Of a stretch of DNA of 64,000 nt, positions 30,371-44,115 are shown piece after piece; the first letter of the stretch is position 1; the number at the start of each line of letters is the position of its first letter. This DNA comes from Chrysomallon squamiferum (lineage: Eukaryota > Animalia > Mollusca): contig CM022665.1 of NCBI GenBank assembly GCA_012295275.1, positions 2,170,001 through 2,234,000 of the forward strand, read 5' to 3'. A program made the position numbers and the translations under genes. The notes below the pieces were generated by a model, which worked only from the letters and a program-made list of their open reading frames with translations, was not told the origin of the DNA and made no database searches.

Positions 30371-31811
30371 TAATTTTTTTTTTTTAATGGATTACATGTT
30401 GAACGATCTTTGACAATTTATATAAAATATTTTTTACAATGAAGTCATTCGTTAGTTTCTGAATCAAATTATTGTTATGATATAAAACGTTTAAATTATT
30501 GCATTTCACACACACACACACGTGCATATAATAAGTAACGGTAACGCCTAGTAGTCATGCCTGCCAATAGTCATACAGTTTAAACTAACACAAAATTCAA
30601 GACGGTGCACAACACTCTTGTCGGTAACCTCCCATTTGCTACACACCAGCCATGGCTGAGTGAACCACTAATCACTTACCTTCTACCTAGCGTGCTGTAA
30701 CAGAGTTATCTAACTAGTCGTTACACAATCAGCTCATGGAATAATAAAGCAAACCCCCAACTAACAATAATTGAAAAATATTATTCACTTCTGTTTATTA
30801 TAAATTCAGTCACCTAACACACAGAATTATTATTCATATTATAGTACCTATGAATGATGAATGTAGAACTAAGGTATATAATTATTACAGTATTACAGCG
30901 CATATCAATAAATAAATGTGTTCAGCCAAATTCAGCCGGTGGCTGTTCCACTTATGTTGTAGGGGTTTGTCTGCTTAGTTCCTAAGTTGAGAGTGAATCA
31001 CAACTCTGTGTGCAGAATATGACACGTGTAACAAATGGGAGATAAAACAGTCACCGCCGTGTCGCGTACACTAATACTGGTATGGTTCGGACATGGAAGA
31101 AAAATGGAATGCTATGAATAAATTCTATTTATTTAGTAGAGAAGTTACCGAGATTCACGGGAATTCAGATCAACTTCGACATCTGATCCCAGCTAAAATA
31201 TTTAATAATATCGCATTTCTCAAAATAATATCTGACAGCACAAATATATTCAGCATGACACATATTACTAAAAATAATATATTAAAAAAAAGAAGCATAT
31301 ATATACTTGAGGACAAATGTATCTGTGATTACAAAGTTTTATAACACATATAATCAAAACACACTTTCATTACTAACTTACTAGCACAGCCCATCAAAAG
31401 GTTCTTCAATGGAGCAATTAGATTTAGCACAGGTGTGCATAGCGCACGTAATCCACCTGTCTGCCTCTCTGAGTGTATAACTAATGAACATAAATCTGTT
31501 TATCTAGTTTAAAATATTGTAATAGATAAATAAATAAATAAATAAATAAATTTAAAACAATAAATGATATTTGAGATAACCATCTGTGTAGAAATACTGT
31601 GTACACGTAGTAGTTGTTCAGGACTGGGTAAAGATTTGACAAAACGAGTTGCACGCTTTTCATCAGTTAAATGCATCTGGGAACATGTCTGACAAAACGT
31701 GGGACCTTCCTTTTAAAAATCAATCTCTGAAAGATATTACAGAATTGTTCTTTTAATTATTTTTATTTATTATTATTTGTATTTATTTATTTATTTTTGT
31801 TATTATTATTA

Positions 31812-31875
<64 letters not shown>

Positions 31876-32579
31876 TTTATTTATTATTAATTTTTTGGTA
31901 ACTTAGGAGGTATTTTGTGAAACTGTTTATGCAAGGACATTTTTTTGTAATTAGCCATTTAAAGTGTTTTTCATTTATACATTTATAATCTTCAGCATCA
32001 TTTCTCTTTCTTACGATTCTTTGCCACATCAAAACACGAATCTGTTGTACGACATGTACGCAAACACACAGTAAAAAGTACCTGATGCCGGAGATACGCA
32101 GTCTCATTTTCTACACATCTCTCGTATCTGTGGAAAGTAGGTAATGATTATAGCAATAAACATGGCCGTAACTACACTGAGACAATTGAGGCAAATGCCT
32201 CTTACCAAAATTGACGAAGCTGTTGTTGTTGGTTTTTTTTTTTTTTTTTTTTAAAGGTTTTATTTTAAAAATACAACATATAAATCTCGATTCTAATAGA
32301 AACGATATCCACTAAATGAATTCATTTATGTCTACGTTTAGGGTTCGTGGTTGCGATGAAAAACATAACTGACTCGGCGATTAAATGTTTTTGTCTCATT
32401 CAAAAATGAGTCTAGTTTCGGCCATGATAAAGATATATAATTTTAATTTCGTTTTGTTTTGTTTTCAATGACATCATACTCTTAAAATAAAATCGATATT
32501 GTTTGATTGACTTTTTCCTCAATGAATAGTCTTTTATTCATAAATGTTCTACTCTCTGTGTTATAACACAATCCAGACA

Positions 32580-32830
32580 ACATTAATTATTGACACCTTT
32601 ATTTTATCTGTAGATAATATGAACAGAATTTATCAAAGATGTTTCAGAGGAATCGATTTTAACTGAAAGATATATTGAACAAGAGAAGAAAAAACAGCAC
32701 ATATGCATATAGGTGAACAGACATACATAGATACACACATACACACACACAGAAAGACATTTGTCTGTTTGTCTCAGCATATCAGTTTATATATATATAA
32801 ACATATACAGGCATACATAGATACATAGAT
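32580..32830 (+). repeat. Dispersed direct repeat, partner of 28320-28560
   Basis: Same core sequence, with scattered substitutions and indels. Confidence 0.75.
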
Positions 32831-33029
32831 CATGCACATTAATAATACTGACAATCCAAGAAACTATTCAGTCATTTCATGTAATGCATGTGACAGTAGT
32901 TACTGTGTGTAATCAATGAGAATCACGTCCAGGCGAAAGAAAGACAAACATTTGCATATCACCTAAACTCTAAATAAATGTATTTGGGTAATTCACTTAA
33001 ATTAAACATTCACTTGTTTTTACGTAACA

Positions 33030-33800
33030 AGCTACTGTAACAACGGCTGGATCATTTCGGTTGATTTGTAAAAATATTTGCAGCGATTGGACTGGCACCT
33101 TTCAGAATCACACCTGACATGACCTTGTCCACTACAGACAGATTTTCTGTCACAGCTTGTCGTAATCTGAGTGTTGTTAACGTTAGTTTGAAAATTTTGT
33201 GGGCACAAAATCAATTGGTGGTGTGAAATTTTCACATCCCGAATTATTCCTGTTTTCACACAAACTGTGCGTGTATACTTGTTGTGATCTAAAATATTGC
33301 CCAATATCTTTAATGGATGATCATGCCTCTTGTCAACCAAAGGGATTCAAACAGGTACACTATATCCAGCTTGCCCAGCCACTAGTTTTAGCCTGTTTTG
33401 TTGGGTTTTTTTAACATTGTCAGCTTTAGCTATTTGGGATGAACTCGCATTTCTTTTATTTAAAATGTCGAGCGTCCGACTGCTGAGTAAATCCACAAAG
33501 CCTTTGTAACTGTTTGTTGACAGAGGATCCAGTGAACCAGAAGATCATTCTCACTCTGCGTCAGCTGCACACAGAGGCAAGGAGGACGAGATGCGACCAA
33601 CTCTGCTTTTACAGTTAAACACAGCAGCATTCGGTGATCGCTGGACTGCAGCAAGAAAGGATTTCTTCTGAAACTGCACAAAACGTAGGGTCCTGAGCAT
33701 TTCCATGAACCATAATCACTCGACATTTCTAAGATCAGTTTGTGCAAACTTCTTTACAGGAAGTAGTTGTTATGTCCACTCTTTTCCTACTCTCTGCTGC
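33030..33800 (-). mobile_element. Decayed Ginger-type (KRBA2/SCAND3-like) DDE integrase C-terminal remnant
   Basis: The minus-strand peptide PLVDKRHDHPLKILGNILD...VCVKTGII...LCPQ...SGQGHVRCDSERCQSNRCK resembles the recalled C-terminal signature of these integrases (VDRGRGDPRNILG...GQG..KC.C...C.SNRC.C). It contains stops and frameshifts. Confidence 0.6.
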
Positions 33801-34019
33801 TGACGTTTTCAGATCTTTTATCGCTGGTGAAATAAATATATCTTTTGTTGAATTAATGGTAAAAAATTTTTCTTTGAATTAATCTTCAGTTGATTTCGCC
33901 GTATTGGATAGACTGGAGAGTTTGTGAAAAATGTCAAAATCAAGAGAAAACATACTAAGTGTTGATAAATATCCAATAAATTATTAAAAAAAAAAAAATG
34001 TAAATAATGGTAAAATACA

Positions 34020-34192
34020 GAAAATGATCATGATATGCCGGCAACAAGCATGTTACACAGTCTGCATGATCCACATTCAGGCATTTTGTGTAACTGAAAG
34101 CAATCATTTTCAATCATTTCATGAAATGACTTACAATTTTAGGCATTAAACGTAATGAATGATTTCACAGACTTTCTGACATACGTAAATAA

Positions 34193-34281
<89 letters not shown>

Positions 34282-34640
34282 CACAAACATACATTTATGC
34301 TCTTCAAATCACTCTGGTATCTCCAAACAGAATCTTTCTGCTTTTGGTCACAATACGCATCACTCAAAGCGTTAATGACAGGACAAGATCAGGTCGCTCA
34401 AGATCGATACATCCTGATACGTCATCTTCGAAATATAACCACAACAGCAGCAACCACAGCGACACAAATCTCCGGACTACGCAAAATTTCTAGCCAGACC
34501 ATTCGTGATCATCTTAGGGACAGGCATGAACTGGCCCTAGAGACCAGTGTGACGTCATCACTGCAGCAAGAGTGACAGAACACGTCACAATGCGTTCTGC
34601 AACGTTTCCTTGCTTCCGTGCGTTGCCGTCGTCAAGCTCT
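34020..34640 (+). mobile_element. Decayed Tc1/mariner transposon fragment (transposase N-terminal HTH region)
   Basis: Frameshifted peptides TQSVNDRTRSGRSR and AQDRYILIRHLRNITTTAATTATQISGLRKISSQTIRDHLRD resemble the Tc1-family DRPRSGRPR..T...DR.I...HLRNRF.TA.......IS..TIRNRL region. The fragment is interrupted by a (CA)n tract. Confidence 0.75.
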
Positions 34641-35776
34641 TTCACCAGGACCCATGGAAGTGGAACTGACGTTTTCACAAGCCTTGTGTTACATATATTC
34701 ATCTGCACATGGCTGAGGTGGATTCCCAGAAATACTACACAGAGTAATCCCTTCTCATGGCGTCTTCATTTGGCTGGCTGCTAGTATCATGTCTACCTGG
34801 ATTTTATTTATTATTATTATTATTTTTTTTTAGGTTTTTGGGGTATTTTTTTTTTGTTTTTTTTTCTTCTTCTTCTTCTTTTTTTTTTAAAACCAAAACA
34901 TTTTTTCGTTACTTACTTACTTATTTATTTATATATATATATTTTTTTTTTTAAATTTAATTTTGATAATCAATTTCAAGTTCCTTTTTTGAAGCGTGTA
35001 CAGACACACACACACACACGCACACACACATTCACACTCACGCACACTCATACATACACACATATACAGATATGCCTAGAATTTAGGCGAACACAGCTTC
35101 ATTGTATTTATTTACACACACACATATAATCAGTTTTGTATGAAAGACGAATTTAATATTGCATAATGTCTGTGTATTTTTTGTGAGAAAACCACACCAT
35201 TGAAGATTTTTCTGTATGATCAAAATATCAAATAAGAAAGCTAAATTAATCATGACAAAAATCTAATATGCACTGCTGAATAAACAACATAGCAACAAAA
35301 TATGTGTATAATGAATGCCATGACAAGATATAATGAACATATATATTGTATATCGATTCGTAATTAATTATATATATATATATATATTTGTCTGGGGTTT
35401 TTTTTGTTGTTTTTGTTGTTTTTTTGTTGTTGTTATCGTGATTTAGAATTGTTTTCCTCTGTGGTTATCTAAACTCTAAGATCATAATTGTTTTATGTTT
35501 GTTTGTTCGTTGTTTTCAAATACTTATAAACAAGTACATACACGTATGCAAAAACACACACATGTATTACAAGTTAACTAAATCATGTTACAGTAAATGA
35601 ATACATGACAAAATTACACATATAATGGACTGAGAAGCACAGAAATTTAAGCTCAAATAAATAAGAAATGATCATACAGTTAAATATATTGCTATCAGTA
35701 AATGAATGGTCTAAACTTACCAGTCATATTTTATACTGTAACCGTGAACAGCTAGTAGAGTATTTAAAAAAAAAAA

Positions 35777-35807
<31 letters not shown>

Positions 35808-37683
35808 AATAACTTCAACAACAGTTATTTCAAAAGCAATACTGTAACATCTTTATCACTGTTCAAAGATCTCTGTGTTTATTTAACAGCAGTCGAAGGA
35901 TGATTTCTGCTGCTACCCTCCTTCGTGTAGGACGTGTTTCAGTTTTGATGAGGTGTAATGGTAGTACCGCTTTCCTGTAGCAGGCGTTCTACCTTTGGCC
36001 GTTTAGCATATTTCTGTACTCCACATTTCTCATACTTATAATTTTCCAAACGTATGCCAGTCTACGAAAAAATAAAAGAAGAACAAAGGGATAAACAGAA
36101 AGGCAAGGTTCTCAGACTGTAATACTAATTTATTTTGTAGTTTGTTATTAACCTAATTAAATTAATAATAATATCCATTACATTACAACAACAACAACAA
36201 TGATTAGAAGAAGAAGAAGAACTAGTAGTAGTAGTAGTAGTAGTAGTAGTAATTACCAGCTCTTTTAAAATAAATAGATTACTTGTTTAAATGTAAAATA
36301 TCTTTAACAAATTGAAGTAAACCATATAATATACACACATATATACGTATATAAATATTTTTATAATCTATTTTTCATCTTGTTAATCTTTATCTCAGCA
36401 CAATATAACGATAATAATTGTTATGATTAGGACGATAATGTAATAACTTTTAAAAAGGCATGTTTTTACATCAACAACTTAGAAAATGAAATATCAAGAA
36501 TGTTGTGTAACTGGAAAATACAAAAAATAAATCAATTCGCTTCATTTCTGTTATTTGAACGACGTTTCTTTCACGCCACACGTTAAGTTTTGGTCCATAA
36601 AGAAAAAAGAAAAAAAAAAAAAAGAAAGAAAGAAAACACAAATAAAACACTGGTTGATATAGACAGAAAGTTATTGATCAATTACAAACAGACAGATAGG
36701 TTTATTTCCAGTGCTAGGATATTTCAATACGAACGTGAAAGAACGAGTGTAAGCCGCTGGATGAAGCATGTATCGCAAGATTTGATCAAATATTCGAAAA
36801 ACTACGAGTAAAAGAAAAACAAGATTTTATCTGTGATCAGGATCAAAGTTCATTGACATGTTTTAAAATTTAGCTAAAATGTTTTATTATAAATTTTGGT
36901 GAAATATTTTTTTTCTAAGGAACTAATATACGAATACTGGCGGCTGGGTAAATGACAAGACTTGAAGATCCTGAAAATAAACTGTAAGTCTGCAGTTAAG
37001 AGAAATGGTTATTCACTGAAAATAAAACAGCTTGAATAACTGTTCAAACACATTTGAAGATACTGTCTTTTTCTCGAAACAAGATTTTAAATGTTTTCTT
37101 TTAATGTTTATAAAACTGTATATTTTTGTTAACTGAAGCAAACTGTATTGTATATTAATAATTGACACACAACCTGTATTTCTAAATCTAATGAAGTTTA
37201 AAACTTGTAAGAAAAAAAAGTTGTTTTTGTCAAACACTTTAGACTCGCGTTCAGGGTAGATGGTTATAAAGTCACATATAAAATAATCATTATTTTAATA
37301 TTTTTCAAATTATGATCTGTCGTTTCAAAAACTATCAGTGTAAAGTAATTAATATCAATGTTAAGATCAAAGTGGTTTTTGTTTGAGTTTTTTTTTGCTC
37401 ACTGGATTTTTCGATTTTTTAATTTGTTATTGTTTGAAGAAATGTCTCAGCTTGTTTAACATTAATTTCTTCTTTTTTTTTTTTTCTCATCTCCATTCTT
37501 TTATCAAGAAAACAATTTAATCTATCGACAGTAATGAAATGTGCGTTTAGGAAGACCAGACTGAAAATCTGGTTCATATTTTGTTATTTGCTGTTATGTA
37601 AACACGTGACACTGTTTGTTTCAGCAGAAGTTCAATAAATTTGAAACGAAGAAGCTTCGCTAACAAATCAGACGAGCTTGGCG

Positions 37684-39531
37684 ATGGGTAGACAAGTCTC
37701 GACACTTCTGTTTCTCACTACATCAGTTCTTTCTTCTGCCATCGTCGCCACTGAAACAGTACATGCTGCACTGAATCAAATTCCCAACGTCGTGAACAAC
37801 GTACACAACGGCTACCAGTGTAACAGTCTGTGTATTGCGAGATCCGATTGCGTCTCCTCCAACTACGACGTTCAGTCACGACTGTGTGAACTTTTCTTTG
37901 ACGCCGGTGACGGGCGCGTGGAAACTAAACCAAATTCAGTTTACAGCGAAACCTCGGAGTATGTTTCAAACGTAAGTATATCAGAAGAAAACAAACAAAA
38001 ATGAGTTATGTAGTTAACTTATTAAGTATTTACTGTCACATTTTTATTATTCTTTTTGATTAGAATACAGGTAACTTATTTAACAAATTAAATAGACAAG
38101 AAAAGTATAGGTGAAATTTATATTAATTCAAATCTGTTTAAAAAAAAAAGAAAAAAAAAGCGTTTATACTTTTTTTTTTTTTATTTAAACAGATTTGGAT
38201 TAATATAAATTTATTATTTCGAAACTGGATGTATGTTAAATTTTCTGTAATTAAATTTGTCTCTTATTCATAAACGTTTAACCACAAGCCAGCAGAAACA
38301 TACACACACACACACACGCACACACGCACACCCAAACACACTCACCCACATACACACTGAAATACACTGTTAAGAATATACATGTGTAATTATATATAAA
38401 TACTGTCAACAACTTTCATATACGTGTATAAAAAATATACAGCAGGTATGTAGCTATATTAAATACAATAAAACAAAACACTCGTTTCTATTTCGTCGAT
38501 CAGTAATGGAACTTATTAGTTAAATAAAACTGTGATCAAATATTAAGCTCACGGCAGATCGTGACTGTTTTTGTTAACAAGTGTTAAGAAGAGCATTTTA
38601 TTAAATTTATTTCATTATATTATCAAGTAAAGGAAACGTATTTTTGTCTGTTCTACAACGTATTGAAAATATTTTTTTTTAAAGGTATTTCCTCAATACT
38701 TATAATATAGCAAGCCACAAACGAAACCATTAACCATAAACGTAATAATTAACTGTAAACGTCACTTTAATAAAGAATTATCAGTACATCAGTATTTCAT
38801 CAAAAACATTCGACTGAACGAAAGATCTTTGTCTTTTGGGCAGAATAATACCTTAACAAAATAATATCTTTTAAAGTTGACTTTGTATTATTTTATTTTT
38901 TTACTTGGGTAGTTTTCCTTAATTTTAGTTACTAGAAATTTATCTTCAGTTGTTTAGCCTGATTTTCAGACACTACGAAACTGTAGACCTACAAAAAATC
39001 AATTTACAATAACAAAAATAATAATAAAACAAAACCTTCCCTGAATATAAATAATTAATATCAATAAGTGCTAAGATGTATACTGTTATGTTGAAACGTT
39101 TCCACTGATTTATTGCCATTTTACATTTATCAATATTATAAAAGAATTTTCATTCTCACTAAAAAACTCAAATACACATGTTGCAAGATCTTAAGCTATG
39201 GAAAATTTCAGAGGCCTCATTTAACTAGTGGAAAAAGATAACTGAACTAAATCCCACGTGCCATGACTGTACCATTTTGAGCTTCTATTTGAATCCTTAC
39301 TAAATCTTCTCTTTATAAGTAACAAATATACATAGATATTTCTTTATGCATTCTGCAAAACACAATCAATAAAAGGAAAACAACAAAACATAATAAAATA
39401 TTTGTTATCCAGATTTCTCGATTACAAAAATGTTTAAATTTCTCCGCGAACATTAAAAAATCGTTGATAGATTTCTATTTTATATAAAACAATTTTTCTA
39501 TATTCTTCGTCTTCTTCTTCTTCTTCTTCTT

Positions 39532-39594
<63 letters not shown>

Positions 39595-39654
39595 TTCTGT
39601 TGTCAAATTCAGTATCCTGTTAAGAGTTTCTTCTACATACGTATAGTGATGAAA

Positions 39655-39697
<43 letters not shown>

Positions 39698-42600
39698 ACG
39701 GATATGAAGTATGGTATGTATATGTATCTATGTCTAATAGAACCAAAGGGACTATAATGAGACAAAGCTATGTGTTTTAAATAATGTTTTGTTTTTTTAT
39801 TTTTAAGGAAATATCTAATCCGTGTGATTCACGAGGTTGTCAGGACAATGAAGTGTGTGCCTCTGTGCAGAAAAATAGTTACCAGTGTTTACCTGTCTGT
39901 AAGTATCACAATACCAGAAAGAGACACAATACGATTAACTCGATGAAACCTAGTTAGTAAGAGAACAGAAGGAAAAAGAATATAAGACTGGTGAGAGGGA
40001 TGGAGAGAGAGAAAAAATGTGATATAGTCTGGAGATCAGGATGACCCACCAGCAGCATTCATCAGGACTTCTATATTTTATTTATTATGTAGCTGAGGAC
40101 ATTGGAAAACATGTACTCTAAGAATTAGATGTAACAATCAACGTCTTAGGGACGGGAAACAACACCCCCTTTAAATGCAGGAAAACGGGAAAATGAAAAA
40201 GCCTCACTTCTTCCTATTCTATCTTTATTTAAAATGAACAAATTGATTTACTCATAATTTCAGCCTCTGGGAGAGTTCTTTGCGCTCAAGGTGTAGTTTT
40301 GTTAATTGGCAAAAGGCCATCTTAAATCTATTTCTGAAAATCGCCCACATAAAACACAAATATTAGTTTTTATTTTTAAATTGTGAGAATTCCCAGTGAA
40401 AATCTAGTTATTGTAGTTGTCTGGTACGTATATTCTGTAATACTTTCGGAGGTGTCCTGTGCACCTGTTGAATATGCGAAGCTGAACATTTAATTATCAC
40501 CTTCAACTGACGTGATGGGTCCCAATTCTTGGCTGCAACATTTGCTATGGCCGATATGCACACACGTTCATCAGATGGGCTTAGAGATGTATTGAAAGCT
40601 GCAATATAGTTGACACTGAAACTGATTTGCTTGCAGCTCCGAAGCTAGGAGCCAGAGCAACCCCAGTTTTGTACAGCTAAGACCGAAGAAGAGAGAAGCT
40701 GATTTGTTTGAGTAAAATAAAGTCAGCACAATACACCCTAGTCAACCATACTCCATAGGTACCGTTGATGGTTTGCTCACAAAGACAAACAAGGCAGTAG
40801 GATTGCTATTTCTCGTAAAGTGAGTAATGGATGAACAAGTTGCAAATGCTGGTGTACACACAACAGAAGATGAAAATGCTGTGTTCTGTTAGTTGAAGGA
40901 AATACAAGATACAGTCAAACAGACATGTGCTAAGTTGCACAATCAGAACAACAAGTATGATAATATCATAGTCAGTACTGACATATACAGTAGACATTCT
41001 ATGCGGGCCCTTCAACAAAACAGATAAACACATAGTGAAAAGAGTTAACATTCAGACTTCCCATGAGTGGAAGACTTTCTTCTGCGGTGAAAAAAACCAC
41101 CAAATTGCTAACTGGGGTAATGTACAGAATCTTGCGGTATCATGTCAGACATTCCTGTCCTCTTTGATAGAGATCATGAGAACAAGAAGCGCCTTATTAA
41201 GATTACAAATATCTTTAAACTATCCTCTGAGCAAATGTGAGGCGATGCTACATGCAGTGACTGGTTGTGATTCAGTCATCTCATTCATGGATACTGGAAA
41301 GATTAAACCACACAGTTGTTAATAAAATCTCCTGTACAGTGAAAGAGCATCAGGAATCTACAAGTCAACTTGACTGTGGTCAGTAACAATACACGAGTGT
41401 GAGAACGGCTATCAGTAAGTAACGGGATCTAAAACAACAGTCTGTGAGACAATGAACAGTTCCCAGTATAAAGTGTAGACGTGGTTCATTTTGGTCAGAC
41501 AAAATACACAGTGAATACTCAACAAGAAATAAACTCGTCCTTTCTAGCTCAGTTGCTAGCATAAAGCTCCTAAGCGCAGAACACAGAAAATTCGTGTCGC
41601 CGCAAAAAGCTTTCTCGTTTCTTTAATCTCACCTACTGACAGCCTCATTCTTTTTCTTCACAGAATTTAACAAGTCTTTTAGTTCCTAAATTTCTGAAGA
41701 GAAACAAAAGTAATCCCATATCGCCCTGACAAACGACATCAGCTTTACTTTTAGAGAACGAATTCGACTGATTCTTTCCAGTGAAATAACACCTTTCGTT
41801 CTAGTGTTTGATTGATTAATTTTTACATAATAATTATATAATAAATTATGGTATCTCTTAAATATAAATGTTTAAAAATGAATGTTACTGAATAATAATC
41901 TATGAATAAAATCGTCAGTAATGAATATATTCAATAAAGTAACTTTAGTTTCGTTAGATATTATGTAACAGTTGTTAGTGTTGTTGTTGTTGTTGTTGTT
42001 GTTACTGGTGTTGTTGTTGTTACTGGTGTTGTTGTTGGTGATGGTGTTTTGGGTGGTGTTTGTTGTTGTTATTTATACAGCTTTCTGTTTCATAAACAAT
42101 GTATTTCAGTAACTGACTGCCTTGAACCTGCTGTTGCTGTCGGAGCAGTTGTAACCTTCAAATCAACGCTTTGGGGATCAGTGGCTGTACACCATTGTCA
42201 AGAAGGTCATTATTATGTGAAAGGATCAAATACAACGACCTGTCAACCACACGGAACATGGACTGTCACCGATATAATATGTGAAGGTTTAGAAACTTCC
42301 AGTGTTTCAAATAAACATCAAGAGAGACAGCTCTCGAATGTAAAGAAATCAAACCATATTTCTAAACTAAAGAGCTCAAAGTGCAGACTGATAATTCCGA
42401 GCATAGCTTTTTAAGTGTTTAGCACTATATAAAATACCAAAACATTTGTTTAATAAGATTTTATATGATGGAAAGCACAGAAAAATTCCTTATACACATA
42501 CATACATACATGTAAATTAGTGAAAAACCCAATCTGGTTATTGTGGGTTTTATTCTGTATGATGGAAAGAACAAATATTTTTATATACACATACATACAT

Positions 42601-43035
42601 ACATACATAGATACATACATACATACATACATACATACATACATACATACATACATACATACATACATACATGCATATTTTTATATACACATACATACAT
42701 ACATACATACATATGTGTGTAAATTAGTGAAAAACCCAATCTGGTTATTGTGGGTTTTATTCAACCACCCCAGTGAATCTGCTCCTGGTCTAGAAATAAG
42801 ATAATTATTTAAATACCAGTGATTTCAAAATTCTGATGTAAGAAATTAATCATGAAACCTGTAATTTTATTGCCACAAATGATCCATTACTGTCATCGAT
42901 ATCAATGTATAGCAGCAGCAAGAGGACTGTAAAGTTATATTAGTAATAGTAGTAGTAGTAGGTAGTAGCAGTAGTAGTAGTAGTAGTAGTAGTAGCAGCA
43001 GCAGTAGTAGTAGTAGTAGTAGTAGTAGCAGCAGC

Positions 43036-43079
<44 letters not shown>

Positions 43080-44115
43080 CAGTAGGAGTAGTAAATAGCA
43101 GTAGTGTATCCAGAACAAATCTGTAGAAAATAAACGCTCAAGAGTATTTATTAATGTAACAAGATTTGTGAAAAAGTGTGAATTTTTATTTAGTTTTAGA
43201 CTGCGGTGACATCCAGAAGCCAGCTAACACAGAGGTAGAATTTAATTCAACTACGTTTGGTTCTGTAGCTGTATACACATGCGCAGTGGGGTACAGTTCT
43301 ACTAATGGATCAGTGACTTCAACATGCTCAGCAAGTGGAAACTGGACAGAACCCTTAATCAACTGTAGAAGTGAGTCAACTTGATAATGCATACCCCTGT
43401 GATTTGAATAAATTGAATAAATAAATTTTGTTACTTTCCTGTTTTTGTCCACGTGCGTGAACAGTTGAGTAAATTTACTTTGTTATTTAAATTTATTTAT
43501 TTATTGCTGTTTATGTATTAATAAAATCTGAGAAACAGAAGTCTAAAGTCTTATGTTGGTCAGTCGACGTTGGTTTTGAAAGTTATCCCCATTGACAAAA
43601 TGATCTGGTTATGTCTGTTCACTTATATTTGCTATCCACACTGAAAATAGTTTCGGATTTAAACACGGTTTTAGTAATTGTGAAATGAACAAGAAAAATG
43701 AATACTATAATGAACAGGTTAGAAGTAGATTTATGTGGATTTAAAAATGTTAACATTAAAGCTTATTTTTTGAATGATATCGTGTCTCACCTGTGCGTGT
43801 CTCACCTGTGCGTATCTCTTGACCAATGTTACAGGTATGTGTGAGGCTGGCACTGTTTGGAGTAACGCAAACAATGATTGTCAATCTGAAACAACCATTT
43901 TCTCATCCACTCCAGCAAACAGTAATACGTTGGATGCTTCAACGACGACAACACCGTTAATACCGGACTGCTCAGAAGACGACGATACATATTACCCGGG
44001 AGAGAAATGTGACAGCTTTTACCACTGTGATCAGGGAAATGCTGTGACATTGTCATGTGGTCCAGGCACTATTTGGAATCAGAGTTCTAAAGTCTGTGTT
44101 ACGGGAAGCTGCTGA
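37684..44115 (+). CDS. Secreted multidomain protein: signal peptide, PAN/apple, small Cys (EGF/FOLN-like) module, 2x sushi/CCP, Thr-rich linker, chitin-binding type-2 (peritrophin-A) domain; 337 aa
   Basis: Exons 37684-37971, 39808-39898, 42110-42286, 43194-43370 (alternative in-frame acceptor at 43200) and 43835-44115 are GT-AG with phases 0,1,1,1, totalling 1014 nt in frame. Motifs: hydrophobic leader MGRQVSTLLFLTTSVLSSAIVA; apple-type C-x3-C-x5-C-x-S-x2-Y-x6-C-x-L; two 177-nt sushi exons (DC..P..C..G..C...G.W...C); ChtBD2 CSEDDDTYYPGEKCDSFYHCDQGNAVTLSCGPGTIWNQSSKVC. AATAAA lies at 44191. Linkage of the last exon to the rest is inferred from phase only. Confidence 0.72.
38114..38212. repeat. 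Near-perfect ~100-bp palindrome (hairpin) in intron 1
   Basis: aaatttatattaattcaaatctgtttaaa, an A-run, a short loop, a T-run, then tttaaacagatttggattaatataaattt. Confidence 0.8.
40480..41330. mobile_element. Highly decayed Academ-like (XPG/PIN nuclease-domain) transposon remnant in intron 2 of the secreted gene
   Basis: Plus-strand LHAVTGCDSVISFMDTGK resembles the HA.TGCD..S.F...GK motif. Minus-strand VYVSTDYDIIILVV resembles the S.DTDV.VL motif. Confidence 0.4.
42945..43090. repeat. (TAG)n/(CAG)n trinucleotide tract in intron 3
   Basis: Direct reading. Confidence 0.9.

Noticed and set aside
42867-43141. Poly-Leu and poly-Tyr ORFs
   Set aside because: Antisense reading of the intronic (TAG)n tract.
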